DNA of 64,000 bases from Alphaproteobacteria bacterium (GCA_965205265.1 CBDBGH010000003.1:4640001-4704000), one strand, 5' to 3'. Positions 10,454-21,712 are shown, counted from the stretch's first letter. Made by a program: numbers and translations. The notes: generated by a model from the letters alone, not told the origin.

Positions 10454-11083
10454 TCACTTGTTGCCGTAGAGCCTGTCGCCGGCGTCTCCGAGGCCCGGCA
10501 CGATATAGCCGTGGTCGTCGAGCCGCTCATCGATCGCGGCGGTGAAAACCGCCACTTCGGGGTGGGCGGCGTGGAACGCCTCGATGCCCTCCGGGGCCGC
10601 CAGCAGGCACAACATCTTGATGTCGCGCGCCTTCGCTTCCTTGAGCCTGGAGACGGCCGCCGCCGCCGAGTTCCCCGTCGCCAGCATGGGGTCGAGAACG
10701 ATCACGGGGCGGTCGCCCAGGTCCTCCGGCACCTTGAAGTAGTATTCCACGGCCACCAGCGTTTCCGGGTCCCGGTAGAGCCCCACATGCCCGACGCGCG
10801 CCGACGGGATGAGGTCGAGCAGCCCTTCCAGCAGCCCGTTTCCGGCTCTCAGTATGGAGATAAGGACGAGCTTCTTGCCGGTCAGGAACGGCGCGCCTGT
10901 CTCCGCGAGCGGCGTCCGGATGCTGCGCGTCTCGGTTGCGAGGTCGCGGGTGACCTCATAGCCGAGCAGCAGCGAGATCTCGCGCAGCAAAACCCGGAAC
11001 TTGGCGGTGTCGGTGTCCTTCCGCCGCATGAGGGACAGCTTGTGCTGCACCAGCGGATGATCGACGACCGTGACATTGTCCAT
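10454..11083 (-). CDS. upp: Uracil phosphoribosyltransferase
   Basis: [41 protein letters not shown]. Confidence 0.97.
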   Translation of the reverse strand: MDNVTVVDHPLVQHKLSLMRRKDTDTAKFRVLLREISLLLGYEVTRDLATETRSIRTPLAETGAPFLTGKKLVLISILRAGNGLLEGLLDLIPSARVGHVGLYRDPETLVAVEYYFKVPEDLGDRPVIVLDPMLATGNSAAAAVSRLKEAKARDIKMLCLLAAPEGIEAFHAAHPEVAVFTAAIDERLDDHGYIVPGLGDAGDRLYGNK

Positions 11084-11176
11084 TCGGTGAAATCCTCTCG
11101 CGAATCCGAAGTCGGAAGACCGTGCTGTCCGGCGGCCCGACAAGGCTCTATCAAGCCCGGCTTCGTGACAAGACGC

Positions 11177-12682
11177 CTAGCGGGGGAGGGGAGTGGAATC
11201 GGCCTGCCACGGGCGGGCCGGGCCGGGCGGAATGCGTGCCCGGGCGGCCTGCTCGAACGCATGGGCGTAGCCGATGAGCGGGCCGTCCCGCCACGCGCCG
11301 CCGATGAAGGAAAGGCCGACCGGCAGGCCGGCGACATAGCCGGCGGGCACGGTGACGCTCGGATAGCCGGACACGGCCGCGAGACCGGAACTGCCGCCGA
11401 GGCGGTTGTCGCCGTTCACGAGGTCTATGGCCCAGGGCACAGGCGAAGTCGGCGCGACCAGGGCGTCGAGCCGGAATTCGCCGATGGTCCGGTCGATGCC
11501 GTTCTCCCGCGTGAGGCGGCGGCATGCGGCGAGCGCCTTCCGATAGGCCGGGTCATCCGTCCCGCCTGTCTCCTCGGCGGCGATCAGCTGTTCCTGCCCG
11601 AACCAGGGCATGACCCGGTCGGCATTGTCGAGATTGAACCGGATCAGGTCGGCGAGGGAATGGACCGGGCATTCGGGCCCGAGCGTCGAGAGCCAGGCGT
11701 TCAGCCCGACCTTGAATTCGGTCCGCATCACCAGGATTTCATGGGGCCGGATGGCCTCGCGCGAGGGCATGGCCACCTCATCGACGATGACGGCGCCGGC
11801 ATCCGCCAGCGCTTCGAGCGCACCTTCGAACACCCGGTCCACCGCTTCGTGGAAGCCGCAATAATTGCGGACGGCGCCGATCCTCGCCCCCTGCAGCGCG
11901 CCGGTGTCGAGGAAGCGGGTGAAGTCCTCCTCCGGTAGCGGCCGGGTAGCCGGGTCGTCCGGGTCGGGGCCGGCCAGCGCGCCGAGCAGGACCGCAGCGT
12001 CGGCGACCGTGCGCGCCATCGGGCCCGCCGTGTCCTGGCTCGCGGCTATGGGAATGATCCCGATACGGGAGACCAGGCCGAGGGTCGGCTTGATTCCGAC
12101 GATGGAATTCATCGCGGAAGGCCCGACGACGGACCCGTCGGTCTCCGTGCCGACAGCGGCCGGCGCAAAGTCGCGCGCGACCGCCACGCCCGAGCCCGAG
12201 CTTGAGCCGCCGGGCGTGCGGTCGGTCGCATAGGCGTTGCGGACCTGGCCGCCGCGGCTCGACCAGCCGCTCGACGAGCGCGTGGAGCGGAAGTTGGCCC
12301 ATTCGCTGAGATTGGTCTTGCCGAGCACCACGGCGCCGGACTCGCGCAGGCGCCGGGCGACATGGCTGTCCGCCTCCGCCCTCACACCGTCGAGCGCGAG
12401 CGATCCGGCCGTGGTCATCATCGCGTCGCCGGTCGCGATATTGTCCTTCAGCAGCACCGGCACGCCGTGCATGGGGCCGCGCACATGGCCGGCGGCGCGC
12501 TCGCGATCGCGCGCCTCAGCGATTTCGGGCGCGTCGGGATTGAGGAAGGCGATCGACCGGAAGGCGCCGTCCTCCGCTTCGACCCGCTCGCTGAAGGTCT
12601 CGACGAGATCGGCGGAGCCCAGCACGCCCTCGGCCATCAGGCGGGCGAGTTCGGCGATGGAAGCTTCTTTCGGGAGGGTCAT
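11177..12682 (-). CDS. Amidase signature family protein
   Basis: LKDNI, GKTNLSEWANF, GGSSSGS, GTETDGS. Confidence 0.92.
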   Translation of the reverse strand: MTLPKEASIAELARLMAEGVLGSADLVETFSERVEAEDGAFRSIAFLNPDAPEIAEARDRERAAGHVRGPMHGVPVLLKDNIATGDAMMTTAGSLALDGVRAEADSHVARRLRESGAVVLGKTNLSEWANFRSTRSSSGWSSRGGQVRNAYATDRTPGGSSSGSGVAVARDFAPAAVGTETDGSVVGPSAMNSIVGIKPTLGLVSRIGIIPIAASQDTAGPMARTVADAAVLLGALAGPDPDDPATRPLPEEDFTRFLDTGALQGARIGAVRNYCGFHEAVDRVFEGALEALADAGAVIVDEVAMPSREAIRPHEILVMRTEFKVGLNAWLSTLGPECPVHSLADLIRFNLDNADRVMPWFGQEQLIAAEETGGTDDPAYRKALAACRRLTRENGIDRTIGEFRLDALVAPTSPVPWAIDLVNGDNRLGGSSGLAAVSGYPSVTVPAGYVAGLPVGLSFIGGAWRDGPLIGYAHAFEQAARARIPPGPARPWQADSTPLPR

Positions 12683-12777
12683 AAGAAACTCGCTCGTCCT
12701 TGATCCGGTCAGGCGGGAAACTATCGGGCGCTTGTCGTCTCAGCACAAACTGCTAAGGGGTGGCAACGGAGGCCGGA

Positions 12778-13794
12778 ATGGACTTGAGATCGCATATCCG
12801 GGCGCTGCCCAAGGCCGAGCTTCACCTGCATCTGGAGGGGACGCTCGAGCCGGAACTGATGATGCGGATGGCCGCCCGCAACAAGGTGGAGATCCCGTTC
12901 CGCTCGGTCGAGGAGATAAGGGCCGCCTACCGCTTCACCCGGTTGCAGGACTTCCTCGACATCTACTACCGGGGCATGGACGTGCTGCGTGCCGAGGAGG
13001 ACTTCTACGAGCTCACCGCAGCCTATCTGGAGCGGGTAGCCGCCGATGGGGCGGTGCATGTCGAGGTGTTCTTCGATCCCCAGGGTCACACCGCGCGCGG
13101 CATTCCCTTCGCGGTCGCGGCGGACAGCATACTGGCCGCGCTTGCTGATGGGCGCGAGCGGCTCGGCATCACCTCGCTGCTCATCATGTGCGTCCTCAGG
13201 CATCTCGACGAGGAGGACGGGTTCGCCGCCTTTCGCGACGCCGAGCCCTATGTCGCCGACGGGCGGATCGCCGGCCTCGGCCTCGACTCGACCGAGAGGG
13301 ACAATCCGCCCGCGAAGTTCGAACGCCTCTTCGCCGCGGCGCGGAAAGCGGGCCTCAGGCTCGTCGCCCATGCCGGCGAGGAAGGGCCGGCGTCCTATGT
13401 CGCCGAGACGGTTGACCGGCTGGGGGTGGACCGGATCGACCACGGCAACCGCGCGATGGACGACCCGGCCCTGGTCCGCCGCCTCGCCGGGCTGGGCATG
13501 CCGCTCACCGTGTGCCCGCTCTCCAACCTCAGGCTCGGCGGGGTGGCCGATCTCAGGCAACACCCGCTGAAGCGCATGCTCGAGGCGGGCCTCAAGGCTA
13601 CGGTCAACTCGGACGACCCGGCCTATTTCGGCGGCTATCTGGCGGACAATTTCGTTGCGGTCGCCGAAGCGCTCGGTCTGGGGCCGGCGGACCTGACGAC
13701 GCTCGCCCGGAATTCGATCGAAGCCTCATTCCTCGACGAGGCGGCCAAGCAGGCGCATCTCGCTCGGATCGAACGGGTCGCGGCGGAGGGATGA
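12778..13794 (+). CDS. Adenine/adenosine deaminase
   Basis: LPKAELHLHLEG, FFDPQGH, AHAGEEG, RIDHG, CPLSN, NSDDPAYFGG. Confidence 0.93.
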   Translation: MDLRSHIRALPKAELHLHLEGTLEPELMMRMAARNKVEIPFRSVEEIRAAYRFTRLQDFLDIYYRGMDVLRAEEDFYELTAAYLERVAADGAVHVEVFFDPQGHTARGIPFAVAADSILAALADGRERLGITSLLIMCVLRHLDEEDGFAAFRDAEPYVADGRIAGLGLDSTERDNPPAKFERLFAAARKAGLRLVAHAGEEGPASYVAETVDRLGVDRIDHGNRAMDDPALVRRLAGLGMPLTVCPLSNLRLGGVADLRQHPLKRMLEAGLKATVNSDDPAYFGGYLADNFVAVAEALGLGPADLTTLARNSIEASFLDEAAKQAHLARIERVAAEG

Positions 13795-14507
13795 ACGGCA
13801 AGTTGCACGACCCGCGCGCGTTCCGGATTCGCTTCGAATGGGGACCGCAGGGAATCGCCTATCTCGCTCCCGGAAGCGACGCCGTCGTGATCGTGGATGT
13901 GCTTTCCTTTTCAACCGCGGTCGTTGTGGCGGCGGCAAGAGGCGCAACGGTATTCCCCTACCGATGGGCCGACGACACTGCCGCCGACTATGCCAGATCT
14001 CTGGACGCCCTGCTTGCGGGCCCGCGGCGCGAGGCCGGTTACTCGCTCTCGCCCGGATCGTTGACGGGCCTGCCGGAGGGCAGCCGCATCGTGCTGCCGT
14101 CTCCGAACGGCGCGACCCTTTCGCTCGCCACCGGCGGGACGCCCACCTTCGCCGGATGCCTTCGCAACGCATCTGCAGTGGCGCGGGCGGCGCAGTCCTG
14201 TGGCCCTTGTGTCACGGTAATTGCATGCGGGGAGCGCTGGCCGGACGGCGCCCTGCGCCCGTCCCTGGAAGACCATATCGGCGCCGGGGCCATTCTGGCC
14301 CATCTCGACGGCGTGAGGTCGCCCGAGGCGGCTGCCGCAGTCAGCGTCTTTGAGAGCGCGAGGGCGCATCTTCCCGAAACGCTCCGGAACAGCGTATCGG
14401 GCAAGGAGTTGGCCGGCAGGGGCTTCGAGGACGACGTTACGGTTGCCTCGGAACTGGACAGCGACGATGTGGCGCCGAGACTCCGCGACCTTGCCTATGC
14501 GGCGTAA
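13791..14507 (+). CDS. 2-phosphosulfolactate phosphatase (ComB-like)
   Basis: VIVDVLSFST, SLSP, PSPNG, GCLRNA, GERW, EDHIGAG; ATGA overlap with the upstream gene. Confidence 0.85.
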   Translation: MNGKLHDPRAFRIRFEWGPQGIAYLAPGSDAVVIVDVLSFSTAVVVAAARGATVFPYRWADDTAADYARSLDALLAGPRREAGYSLSPGSLTGLPEGSRIVLPSPNGATLSLATGGTPTFAGCLRNASAVARAAQSCGPCVTVIACGERWPDGALRPSLEDHIGAGAILAHLDGVRSPEAAAAVSVFESARAHLPETLRNSVSGKELAGRGFEDDVTVASELDSDDVAPRLRDLAYAA

Positions 14508-14518
14508 GGCAGTCCCGG

Positions 14519-15283
14519 TCAGCTGTTCCACCAGGGCATGTCGTTGAAGGAGCGCAGGTCGATTTCATTCGACCAGGTGGAACGGTGCTGGTGTGCGAGG
14601 TGGACATAGGTGTCGGCGATCTTCTCCGGCAGCATGAGGCCGTCATGCTCCATGCCGCGGCTCTCGCGCAGCGCCCGGTATTTTTCCGGCCCCAGCATCT
14701 TGCCGAGCGTGTCCGGGGTATCGACCGCGCCGTCGATCAGGATATGGACGATGTGGACGCCCTGGGGCCCGAACTCGGCGTTCAGCGTCTGGCACAGCAT
14801 GCGCCGCCCCGCCATGGAAGCCGCGTGCGAGTGCTGGCCCCTGTTGCCGCGCACCGCTGCCGTCGATGAGGTGACCAGGATGGCGCCGCCGCCGCGCTCG
14901 ACCATGCGGGGGCAGACGGCCGAGGCCGTGCGGAACAGCCCGAAGGTCGCCATGCGCCAGCCCAGTTCGAAGACCTTGCAGCTGGTCGCCTCCAGGCTCC
15001 GGTCGCCCACCTGCGAGCCGAGGTTGTAGAGGACCACCCGTATCGGCCCGATATCCGCCTCGACGGCGGCGATCCGGTCCTCGATGCTGTCCGGCTGGAC
15101 GGCGTTGAGCAGATAGCCCGTGGCGTCGCCGCCCTCGCTCCTGATGCCTTCCACCAGCCGGTTCAGGCCGTCCTCGTCGCTGCGGCGGCAAAGGACGGCG
15201 TGGTAGCCCTCGCGCGCGAAGCGGCTTCCGACGGTTCCGCCGATTCCGGCGCCGGCGCCGATGACGAGGCAAACGGGTTTCAT
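14519..15283 (-). CDS. Short-chain dehydrogenase/reductase
   Basis: MKPVCLVIGAGAGIGG Rossmann motif, HIVHILIDG. Confidence 0.88.
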   Translation of the reverse strand: MKPVCLVIGAGAGIGGTVGSRFAREGYHAVLCRRSDEDGLNRLVEGIRSEGGDATGYLLNAVQPDSIEDRIAAVEADIGPIRVVLYNLGSQVGDRSLEATSCKVFELGWRMATFGLFRTASAVCPRMVERGGGAILVTSSTAAVRGNRGQHSHAASMAGRRMLCQTLNAEFGPQGVHIVHILIDGAVDTPDTLGKMLGPEKYRALRESRGMEHDGLMLPEKIADTYVHLAHQHRSTWSNEIDLRSFNDMPWWNS

Positions 15284-15693
15284 GCAAGGTCGCTCCGCAA
15301 CGCCGTGTAAATTGTGCCTGGCGCGCCCAGTTTCTTCAGGCGCGCGGCGGGCAGGCGCTTCAACGTTCCGTTGCGCGGGTCGATGTCGATGCCGACGGAT
15401 TCCAGCGCCGTCACGCCGAGGATCGGCTCGGTCCCCCTGTCGCCGAAGATGATCGTGCCGCCCACAATCTCTCCCATGAACTCCAGCCGTCCGACCGCGA
15501 TATCCATGGCAACCGTGTTGCCGTCGGCGAGTTCGTAAAGGCGGCGCGCCTCGGGCTCCAGCCCGATGGCCTCCAGGCGGTCTCTGGGCACCAGCGAATC
15601 GGTCGCGCCGGTATCGACCAGGAACAATCCGTCCCACGCCCGCTCACGGTCCGCGGGATTGCTGACGGTAACCGTCACATGGATGGCGCCCAA
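15280..15693 (-). CDS. Clan AA (retropepsin-like) aspartic protease
   Basis: FLVDTGAT, YELADG, ILGVTALES; TTG start after GGAGG. Confidence 0.85.
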   Translation of the reverse strand: MGAIHVTVTVSNPADRERAWDGLFLVDTGATDSLVPRDRLEAIGLEPEARRLYELADGNTVAMDIAVGRLEFMGEIVGGTIIFGDRGTEPILGVTALESVGIDIDPRNGTLKRLPAARLKKLGAPGTIYTALRSDLA

Positions 15694-16203
15694 GACTGTC
15701 CTCCATCGCTTGCCGCACCCGGCCCGTGGTGCCCCCGGGGAGCCGCGTCCCCTCCGGTAAGCAGTTGTTATAAAAGGCAATTTCGTGTCTGCTTGCTTCA
15801 AGCCTACCCTTCAAACCACCTTTCCACCCGTGTTTGCATGTGACTGTATGTCACGGGAAGGGAAAGAGAAAGGCCAACGGACGAATCCGTTGGCCTTGGG
15901 GGGACAAGCTCGCTGAGCAGTGTGGGGTGCATGGTGTTCAGGCCATCAACAAGACAACAGCAGACCACGGAGGAGCATGACCCGGCTTGAGGGAATCCCT
16001 CTACCGACTCATCACCTTCGGCACACAAGGTGCCATGCTGCAACGAAACTGAGCCTCCCTTGTTGCCAGTATGCCACAGTGCAATTGCAAAAAGCAAGCA
16101 AGGCTTCCTCGTGAATTGGAATCGGGTCGGTGTGACGGTAAGATTGTCAATGTTCAGGCCATCAATCTGAACACGACATAATCGCAGGATATGGAGGACA
16201 GTA

Positions 16204-16515
16204 ATGTTCCGGTTAGCCCACGTATGCCCTGCGTGCAACACCATCAATGTCTGGTGGTACGGCGCGAAGCTCGGCGATACTATCAAGTGTCGGGGGTCGA
16301 CTTGTCGCAAAATCCTTCGCCTGGTCCGGGAAGGTGGCATTCGGGCGCAAAAGCTCCCCATGCCGGCAGATAATCATCAGGTTGACGAGACCTCGAAGGG
16401 TTGCATTGCTGTTACCCTGAGGATTGCCTGGCGCGGCACAGGGCTGATCACCGGAACAATCGGACGGCTGTTCCGGATTGCCATCGTCACCTTGGCATTC
16501 ATGCTCAAGGTTTGA
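16204..16515 (+). CDS. Small hypothetical protein with Zn-ribbon (CPAC...CRGSTC) and hydrophobic C-terminus
   Basis: GGAGG RBS 6 nt before ATG; paired Cys motifs; lies in a lower-GC patch. Confidence 0.5.
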   Translation: MFRLAHVCPACNTINVWWYGAKLGDTIKCRGSTCRKILRLVREGGIRAQKLPMPADNHQVDETSKGCIAVTLRIAWRGTGLITGTIGRLFRIAIVTLAFMLKV

Positions 16516-16716
16516 ACCACACCATCAGCACTGCCGTCTTGATTGCGCCTCGGGACGGTAGTGCCTCCCTTGAAACTCCATGCGCCACCTTCTAATCCAC
16601 CCTTTTGGGTGGTGTCGGCATGAATTAGTATGGTTCTCTTTAGACGAATATACATAGAAAGATAACGCTTTTTCAAGTGGTTAGGATGATATATGGTCCG
16701 ACATGCTCCGCCGAAG

Positions 16717-16804
16717 TGGTGCCCAGGAGAAGACTCGAACTTCCACGGCCTTGCGGCCACAGGTACCTGAAACCTGCGCGTCTACCAAATTCCGCCACCT
16801 GGGC
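16717..16804 (-). tRNA. tRNA-Leu(CAG)
   Basis: Reverse complement GCCCAGGTGGCGGAATTTGGTAGACGCGCAGGTTTCAGGTACCTG...GTTCGAGTCTTCTCCTGGGCACCA; long variable arm; CCA end. Confidence 0.97.
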
Positions 16805-16877
16805 ATGGGGCCGGCGGGAGACGGCGTGATAAGAGGAAGGCGCACATCTGTCAACGACCGGACAGGACAGCTATCCC

Positions 16878-18362
16878 GTGACCGATCGATCCCTCCGCGA
16901 CTTTATCGCCCGACTGGAAGGGGCAGGCCGGCTCAGACGGATATCCGCGCCCGTGTCGCCCGAGCTGGAGGTGACCGAGATCCACCGCCGCGTGCTGCAG
17001 GCGGGCGGGCCGGCGCTCCTGTTCGAAAACCTGCGCCGTGCGGACGGCAGCCCCTGGAGCATGCCCGCGCTCGCCAACCTGTTCGGCACCGTGGAGCGCG
17101 TCGCCTGGGGCATGGGGCGCGAGCCGGAGGGGCTGCGCGAAGTCGGCGAAACGCTGGCCTTTCTCCGCCAGCCGGAGCCGCCGGGCGGCTGGCGCGAAGC
17201 GGTGGGCATGCTGCCGCTGCTCAGGACCATGCTCTCCATGGCGCCGCGCACCGTCCGGCGCGGGGCCGTGCAGGAGGTCGTGCTGGAGGGAGACGACATC
17301 GACCTCGGGCGCTTCCCGGTCCAGACCTGCTGGCCGGACGAGCCTGCCCCGCTCATCACATGGCCGCTGGTGGTGACGCGGGGGCCGGGGCGGACGGCCG
17401 AGGACGACTTCAACCTCGGTATTTACAGGATGCAGGTCACCGGGCGGAACACGACCCTGATGCGCTGGCTGAAGCATCGCGGCGGCGCCGGCCATCATGC
17501 GCGCTGGGCGGCGGAGAAGCGCGAACCGCTGCCCGCTGCCGCCGTGATCGGCGCGGACCCGGCAACCATCCTTGCCGCCGTCACGCCGCTGCCCGAGACG
17601 CTGTCGGAATACCGCTTTTCCGGCCTCCTGGCGAGCCGGTGCCTCGACCTCGTCGATTGCCGCACCGTGCCGCTCAAGGTGCCGGCCGAGGCCGAGATCG
17701 TGCTGGAGGGCCATGTCTCGCTGGACGATTACGGCGAGGAAGGCCCCTATGGCGACCATACCGGCTATTACAACGCGGTCGAGCGCTTCCCCGTGTTCAC
17801 GGTCTCGGCGATCACCATGCGCCGCGAGCCGATCTACCTCACCACCTATACCGGCCGCCCGCCCGACGAGCCGTCCGTGCTGGGCGAGGCGCTGAACGAG
17901 GTCTTCATCCCGCTGCTGCAGGCGCAGTTCCCGGAAATCCGCGATTTCTGGCTGCCGCCGGAGGGCTGCTCCTACCGCATTGCCGTGGTCTCGATCCGCA
18001 AGGCCTATCCGGGCCACGCCAAGCGCGTCATGTTCGGCGTCTGGTCCTATCTGCGCCAGTTCATGTACACCAAGTGGGTGATCGTCGTGGACGACGACAT
18101 CGACGCGCGCGACTGGAAGGATGTCATGTGGGCCATTTCCACCCGCATGGACCCCGCCCGCGACATCACGCTCGTCGAGAACACGCCCATCGACTATCTC
18201 GACTTCGCCAGCCCCGAGAGCGGCCTCGGCTCCAAGATCGGCCTCGACGCCACCGACAAGTGGCCGCCCGAGACCCGGCGCGAATGGGGCCGGAAGCTTG
18301 ACATGAGCGAGGAGGTCCGGGCGCGGATCGCCGCGAGGTGGGAGGAGTTCGGGCTGGATTGA
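16878..18362 (+). CDS. ubiD: UbiD family decarboxylase (4-hydroxy-3-polyprenylbenzoate decarboxylase)
   Basis: [48 protein letters not shown]. Confidence 0.95.
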   Translation: MTDRSLRDFIARLEGAGRLRRISAPVSPELEVTEIHRRVLQAGGPALLFENLRRADGSPWSMPALANLFGTVERVAWGMGREPEGLREVGETLAFLRQPEPPGGWREAVGMLPLLRTMLSMAPRTVRRGAVQEVVLEGDDIDLGRFPVQTCWPDEPAPLITWPLVVTRGPGRTAEDDFNLGIYRMQVTGRNTTLMRWLKHRGGAGHHARWAAEKREPLPAAAVIGADPATILAAVTPLPETLSEYRFSGLLASRCLDLVDCRTVPLKVPAEAEIVLEGHVSLDDYGEEGPYGDHTGYYNAVERFPVFTVSAITMRREPIYLTTYTGRPPDEPSVLGEALNEVFIPLLQAQFPEIRDFWLPPEGCSYRIAVVSIRKAYPGHAKRVMFGVWSYLRQFMYTKWVIVVDDDIDARDWKDVMWAISTRMDPARDITLVENTPIDYLDFASPESGLGSKIGLDATDKWPPETRREWGRKLDMSEEVRARIAARWEEFGLD

Positions 18363-18407
18363 GCGGCCCGGCGGCGCTAAATAGCCGTCACCGGGCCCAA
18401 GCCCTGT

Positions 18408-18494
18408 GCCTCTGTGGCGGAATCGGTAGACGCGGCAGACTCAAAATCTGTTGCCCGCAAGGGCGTGGGAGTTCGAGTCTCCCCGGGGGCACCA
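18408..18494 (+). tRNA. tRNA-Leu(CAA)
   Basis: GCCTCTGTGGCGGAATCGGTAGACGCGGCAGACTCAAAATCTG...GTTCGAGTCTCCCCGGGGGCACCA. Confidence 0.97.
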
Positions 18495-18633
18495 CCTACT
18501 CACCACATAGCGACACATACCGGCACATATATCGTTGATTTTACAAAGAAATACCGCAGAGCACCTTGCCATCGCTCACCACTGATATATACCCGTATCC
18601 ACCTATCAGGGTAGATAGAAAGGTGGATAGCAT

Positions 18634-19788
18634 ATGACCAAAAGTAACGTCCTCACACACCTCAAGGCCCAGAACCTCGGCGAGGGGAAATACGCGGACG
18701 GTCAGGGACTGTGGTTGGTAAAGACCAAGAAGGAAGCCGGCAGGTGGGTGCTTCGTCTGGTGGTCAACGGTAGACGGCGGGAAATGGGGCTGGGGCGATT
18801 TCCGGACGTTTCCATCGCCGAAGCTCGGGAGACCGCCGCCGAGGCACGACGCACCCTGCGACACGGGCTTGATCCGGTCGCGGAGCGCCAGAAGTGCCGG
18901 CAGCGTGACGAACGCCGGCTGACGGTCGCGGACGCCGTGGAGGGCTGTTTCCGTGCACGGCAAGCCGAGCTCAAGGGAGACGGGAAAGCCGGTCGCTGGC
19001 TCTCCCCGCTCACGACCCATGTGTTGCCGATGATCGGCACTGAACCCATAGAATCCGTAGACCAGCATGTCCTGAAACGCATTCTCGCCCCGCTATGGCA
19101 CGAGAAGCCGGAAGCCGCCAAGAAGGCACTGAATCGGATGAACCTGACCTTGCAGTATGCCGCCGCCCTGGGTCTCTCGGTTGACTTGCAGGCGACCATG
19201 AAGACACGAGCATTGCTCGGCAAACAGCGGCATACCGTGGTGCATATCCCGTCGCTTCCCTACGAGGAGGCGCCCGCCTTCTACCGGTGGCTCTGCACCA
19301 AAGACGTGACCGCCGCCGTGGCGCTCCGCTTCCTCATCCTCACGGTCACCCGGACAAGCGAAGTGCGGTTCGCCACCTTCGCCGAGATTGACGGGGCTGT
19401 CTGGCACATCCCGACCGGAAAAACCAAAAGCGGCACCGAACACCGCGTGCCGCTCTCTCAGGAAGCCCTGGCCGTTCTTCGGGATGTTCATCGCTCCTCA
19501 GATCAGGAACTCCTGTTTTCCTCACGACAGGGCAATCCGCTCTCGGACGCGGCTCTGTCCCGCTTCATGCAACGGGAAGGGTTCAGCGCCCGGCCTCACG
19601 GCTTTCGGGCAACCTTCCGGACGTGGGTAGAGGAGACCACGGACACGCCGTTTGAAGTCAAGGAGAGTGCCCTGGGCCATCAGGTGGACGGCGGTGTTGT
19701 CCGTGCCTACCAGCGATCCGACCGGCTGGAGAAGCGCCGAGCCCTCATGGACGCATGGGCTCTGTTTCTGACCTCCGGAAGGGCGTAG
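18634..19788 (+). CDS. P4-like tyrosine integrase adjacent to tRNA-Leu(CAA)
   Basis: Arm-binding N-terminus (GKYADGQGLWL...RREMGLG); RTSEVR, HGFRATF, LGH, AYQR; 140 nt downstream of the tRNA. Confidence 0.93.
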   Translation: MTKSNVLTHLKAQNLGEGKYADGQGLWLVKTKKEAGRWVLRLVVNGRRREMGLGRFPDVSIAEARETAAEARRTLRHGLDPVAERQKCRQRDERRLTVADAVEGCFRARQAELKGDGKAGRWLSPLTTHVLPMIGTEPIESVDQHVLKRILAPLWHEKPEAAKKALNRMNLTLQYAAALGLSVDLQATMKTRALLGKQRHTVVHIPSLPYEEAPAFYRWLCTKDVTAAVALRFLILTVTRTSEVRFATFAEIDGAVWHIPTGKTKSGTEHRVPLSQEALAVLRDVHRSSDQELLFSSRQGNPLSDAALSRFMQREGFSARPHGFRATFRTWVEETTDTPFEVKESALGHQVDGGVVRAYQRSDRLEKRRALMDAWALFLTSGRA

Positions 19789-20013
19789 CGGACGTTCAGG
19801 GGAGCGAAGGGGCTGACGCCCCTTCGCCCTCCCGTATCTCTTCCATCGTTTGTCCTTGGGGACATTCTTGCCCGCTTTTTCCGTCCCCGCCAGTACCGGC
19901 GACTCTTGCTCAATCGTTTCTCCGGTATCGTTCTACCCACCGGCTACCGCTCTTTGTTCGGGTAAAACGTCTCTGTACTGAATGGTAAGCGATGCGGGCG
20001 GGTCACCCGGATT

Positions 20014-21657
20014 TCAGCTTGACGACGGCTTGAAGTTCCACGGGAGCAGGTCGTCGATGCGGTCGTTGGGATGGCCGACCGCGATGGCTTCGAGGGTGGC
20101 CTTGAGCCAGGCGTAGGGCTCGACCCCGTTCAACCTGGCGGTCTGGGTGAGTGAAGCGATCCGGCCCCAGGCGACTGCGCCTTCGTCGTGACCCGCGAAG
20201 AGCGCGTTTTTCCTTGTAAGGGCAATCGGCCGGGCGAGGTTCTCGACGGCATTGCTGTCCATCTCGACGCGGCCGTCGGCGAGGAACAGCCGGAGGCCGT
20301 CCCAGTGACGGGCGATATAGGCGAGCTTCTCGCCGAGGCGGGACTTGGGCGAGATGCGGGCGCGCTGCTGCTTCAGCCAGTCGCCGAAGGCCTCGACCAG
20401 GGGCGCGGAGCGCGCGTGTCGTTCTGCGAGACGTTGCTCGGGCGGGCTGCCGCGGATGTCGGCCTCGATGGCGTAGAGCTCGGCGATCCGGCGCAGGCCC
20501 TCTGCCGCGATCTCGGAGCCGCTGCTGTCGTAGATCTCGCGGAGCCGGCGCCTCGCGTGGGACCAGCAGTAAGCCAGCCGTATCGGCGCGCCGCCCTTGC
20601 GGCTCGGTCCAGTCAGCCGGTTGTAGCCGGCATAGCCATCCACCTGGAGGATACCATCGAAGCCGTCGAGGAAGCGCTCGGCATATTCACCGCCGCGCCC
20701 GGGCGCATAGAAGTACACAACGCCCGGCGGGTCGGGTCCGCTCCAGGCACGGTCGTCGCGGGCCAGCGCCCACAGCCAGCCGGTCTTGGTCCTGCCGCGG
20801 CCCGGATCGAGCACCGGCGCCCGCGTCTCGTCCATGAACAGCTTCGAAGAGCGCTTGAGATGCTCCGCCAGCCGGTCGGCCACCGGTTTCAGATGGAATG
20901 ACGCCCTGCCGACCCAGCCGGCCAGCGTCGAGCGGTCCAGATCGAGGCCGGAACGGGCATAGACCTGCGCCTGCCGGTGCAACGGGCAATGGTCCAGGTA
21001 TTTGGAGACGAGCACATGGGCGATCGCGCCTTCGGTCGGCAACCCGCCCTCGATCAGCCGGGCCGGCGCCGGCGCCTGGGTGACGCCCTGTTCGCAGGCC
21101 CGGCAGGCGTATTTCGGCCGCACCGTGACGATCACCCGAAGCTGCGCCGGCACGATGTCCAGGCGCTCCGTGCGATCCTCGCCAATCTTCACCATCTCCC
21201 CGCAGCCGCAGGGGCAGAGCGTGCTCTCCGGCTCGACCACCTGCTCGATCCGCTCCAGATGCTCCGGCAAGTGGCCGATATTGCGCGCCGGGCGAGGACG
21301 CTTCGGCGATTGGGCCGGCGTCGGATCTTCCGGCGCGGCCGCTGCTTCGATCTCCGCCGCCGCGCCCTCAAGGTCCTCGAACGCCAGCTGGCGCTCGTCC
21401 GCCGACAGCTTCTCCGACCTCTTGCCATACAGAAGGCGGATCAGTTCGAGGTTCAGATGTTCGAGACGGCGGATGCGCTCCGCCTGAGCCCCGTTGCGGT
21501 CCGTCAGAACTTCGTTCTCGCCCGCGAGACAGGCCTTCTCTTCCGCCAGCGTCTCGTTCTCGGCGCGAAGCACCTCCAGCGCCGCGATTGCCTGCACCGC
21601 CGCTTCCCGCTGTTCGGGCGTCAGCGTTCCGAGGTCGATCTCCGCAAGGGCCGGCAT
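20014..21657 (-). CDS. tnpC: IS66 transposase TnpC
   Basis: CPCGC, FMDET, LQVDGYAGY, CWSHARR, DSNAVEN, IDDLLPW. Confidence 0.95.
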   Translation of the reverse strand: MPALAEIDLGTLTPEQREAAVQAIAALEVLRAENETLAEEKACLAGENEVLTDRNGAQAERIRRLEHLNLELIRLLYGKRSEKLSADERQLAFEDLEGAAAEIEAAAAPEDPTPAQSPKRPRPARNIGHLPEHLERIEQVVEPESTLCPCGCGEMVKIGEDRTERLDIVPAQLRVIVTVRPKYACRACEQGVTQAPAPARLIEGGLPTEGAIAHVLVSKYLDHCPLHRQAQVYARSGLDLDRSTLAGWVGRASFHLKPVADRLAEHLKRSSKLFMDETRAPVLDPGRGRTKTGWLWALARDDRAWSGPDPPGVVYFYAPGRGGEYAERFLDGFDGILQVDGYAGYNRLTGPSRKGGAPIRLAYCWSHARRRLREIYDSSGSEIAAEGLRRIAELYAIEADIRGSPPEQRLAERHARSAPLVEAFGDWLKQQRARISPKSRLGEKLAYIARHWDGLRLFLADGRVEMDSNAVENLARPIALTRKNALFAGHDEGAVAWGRIASLTQTARLNGVEPYAWLKATLEAIAVGHPNDRIDDLLPWNFKPSSS

Positions 21658-21712
21658 GGCCAGTCTGGTAGCACAGTGTCGGGACGCGGCACGCCCCGAT
21701 CCGCCCAGTGAG

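Noticed and set aside
19800-19833. Hairpin after the integrase as a rho-independent terminator
   Set aside because: A stem is present but no U-tract; function unclear.
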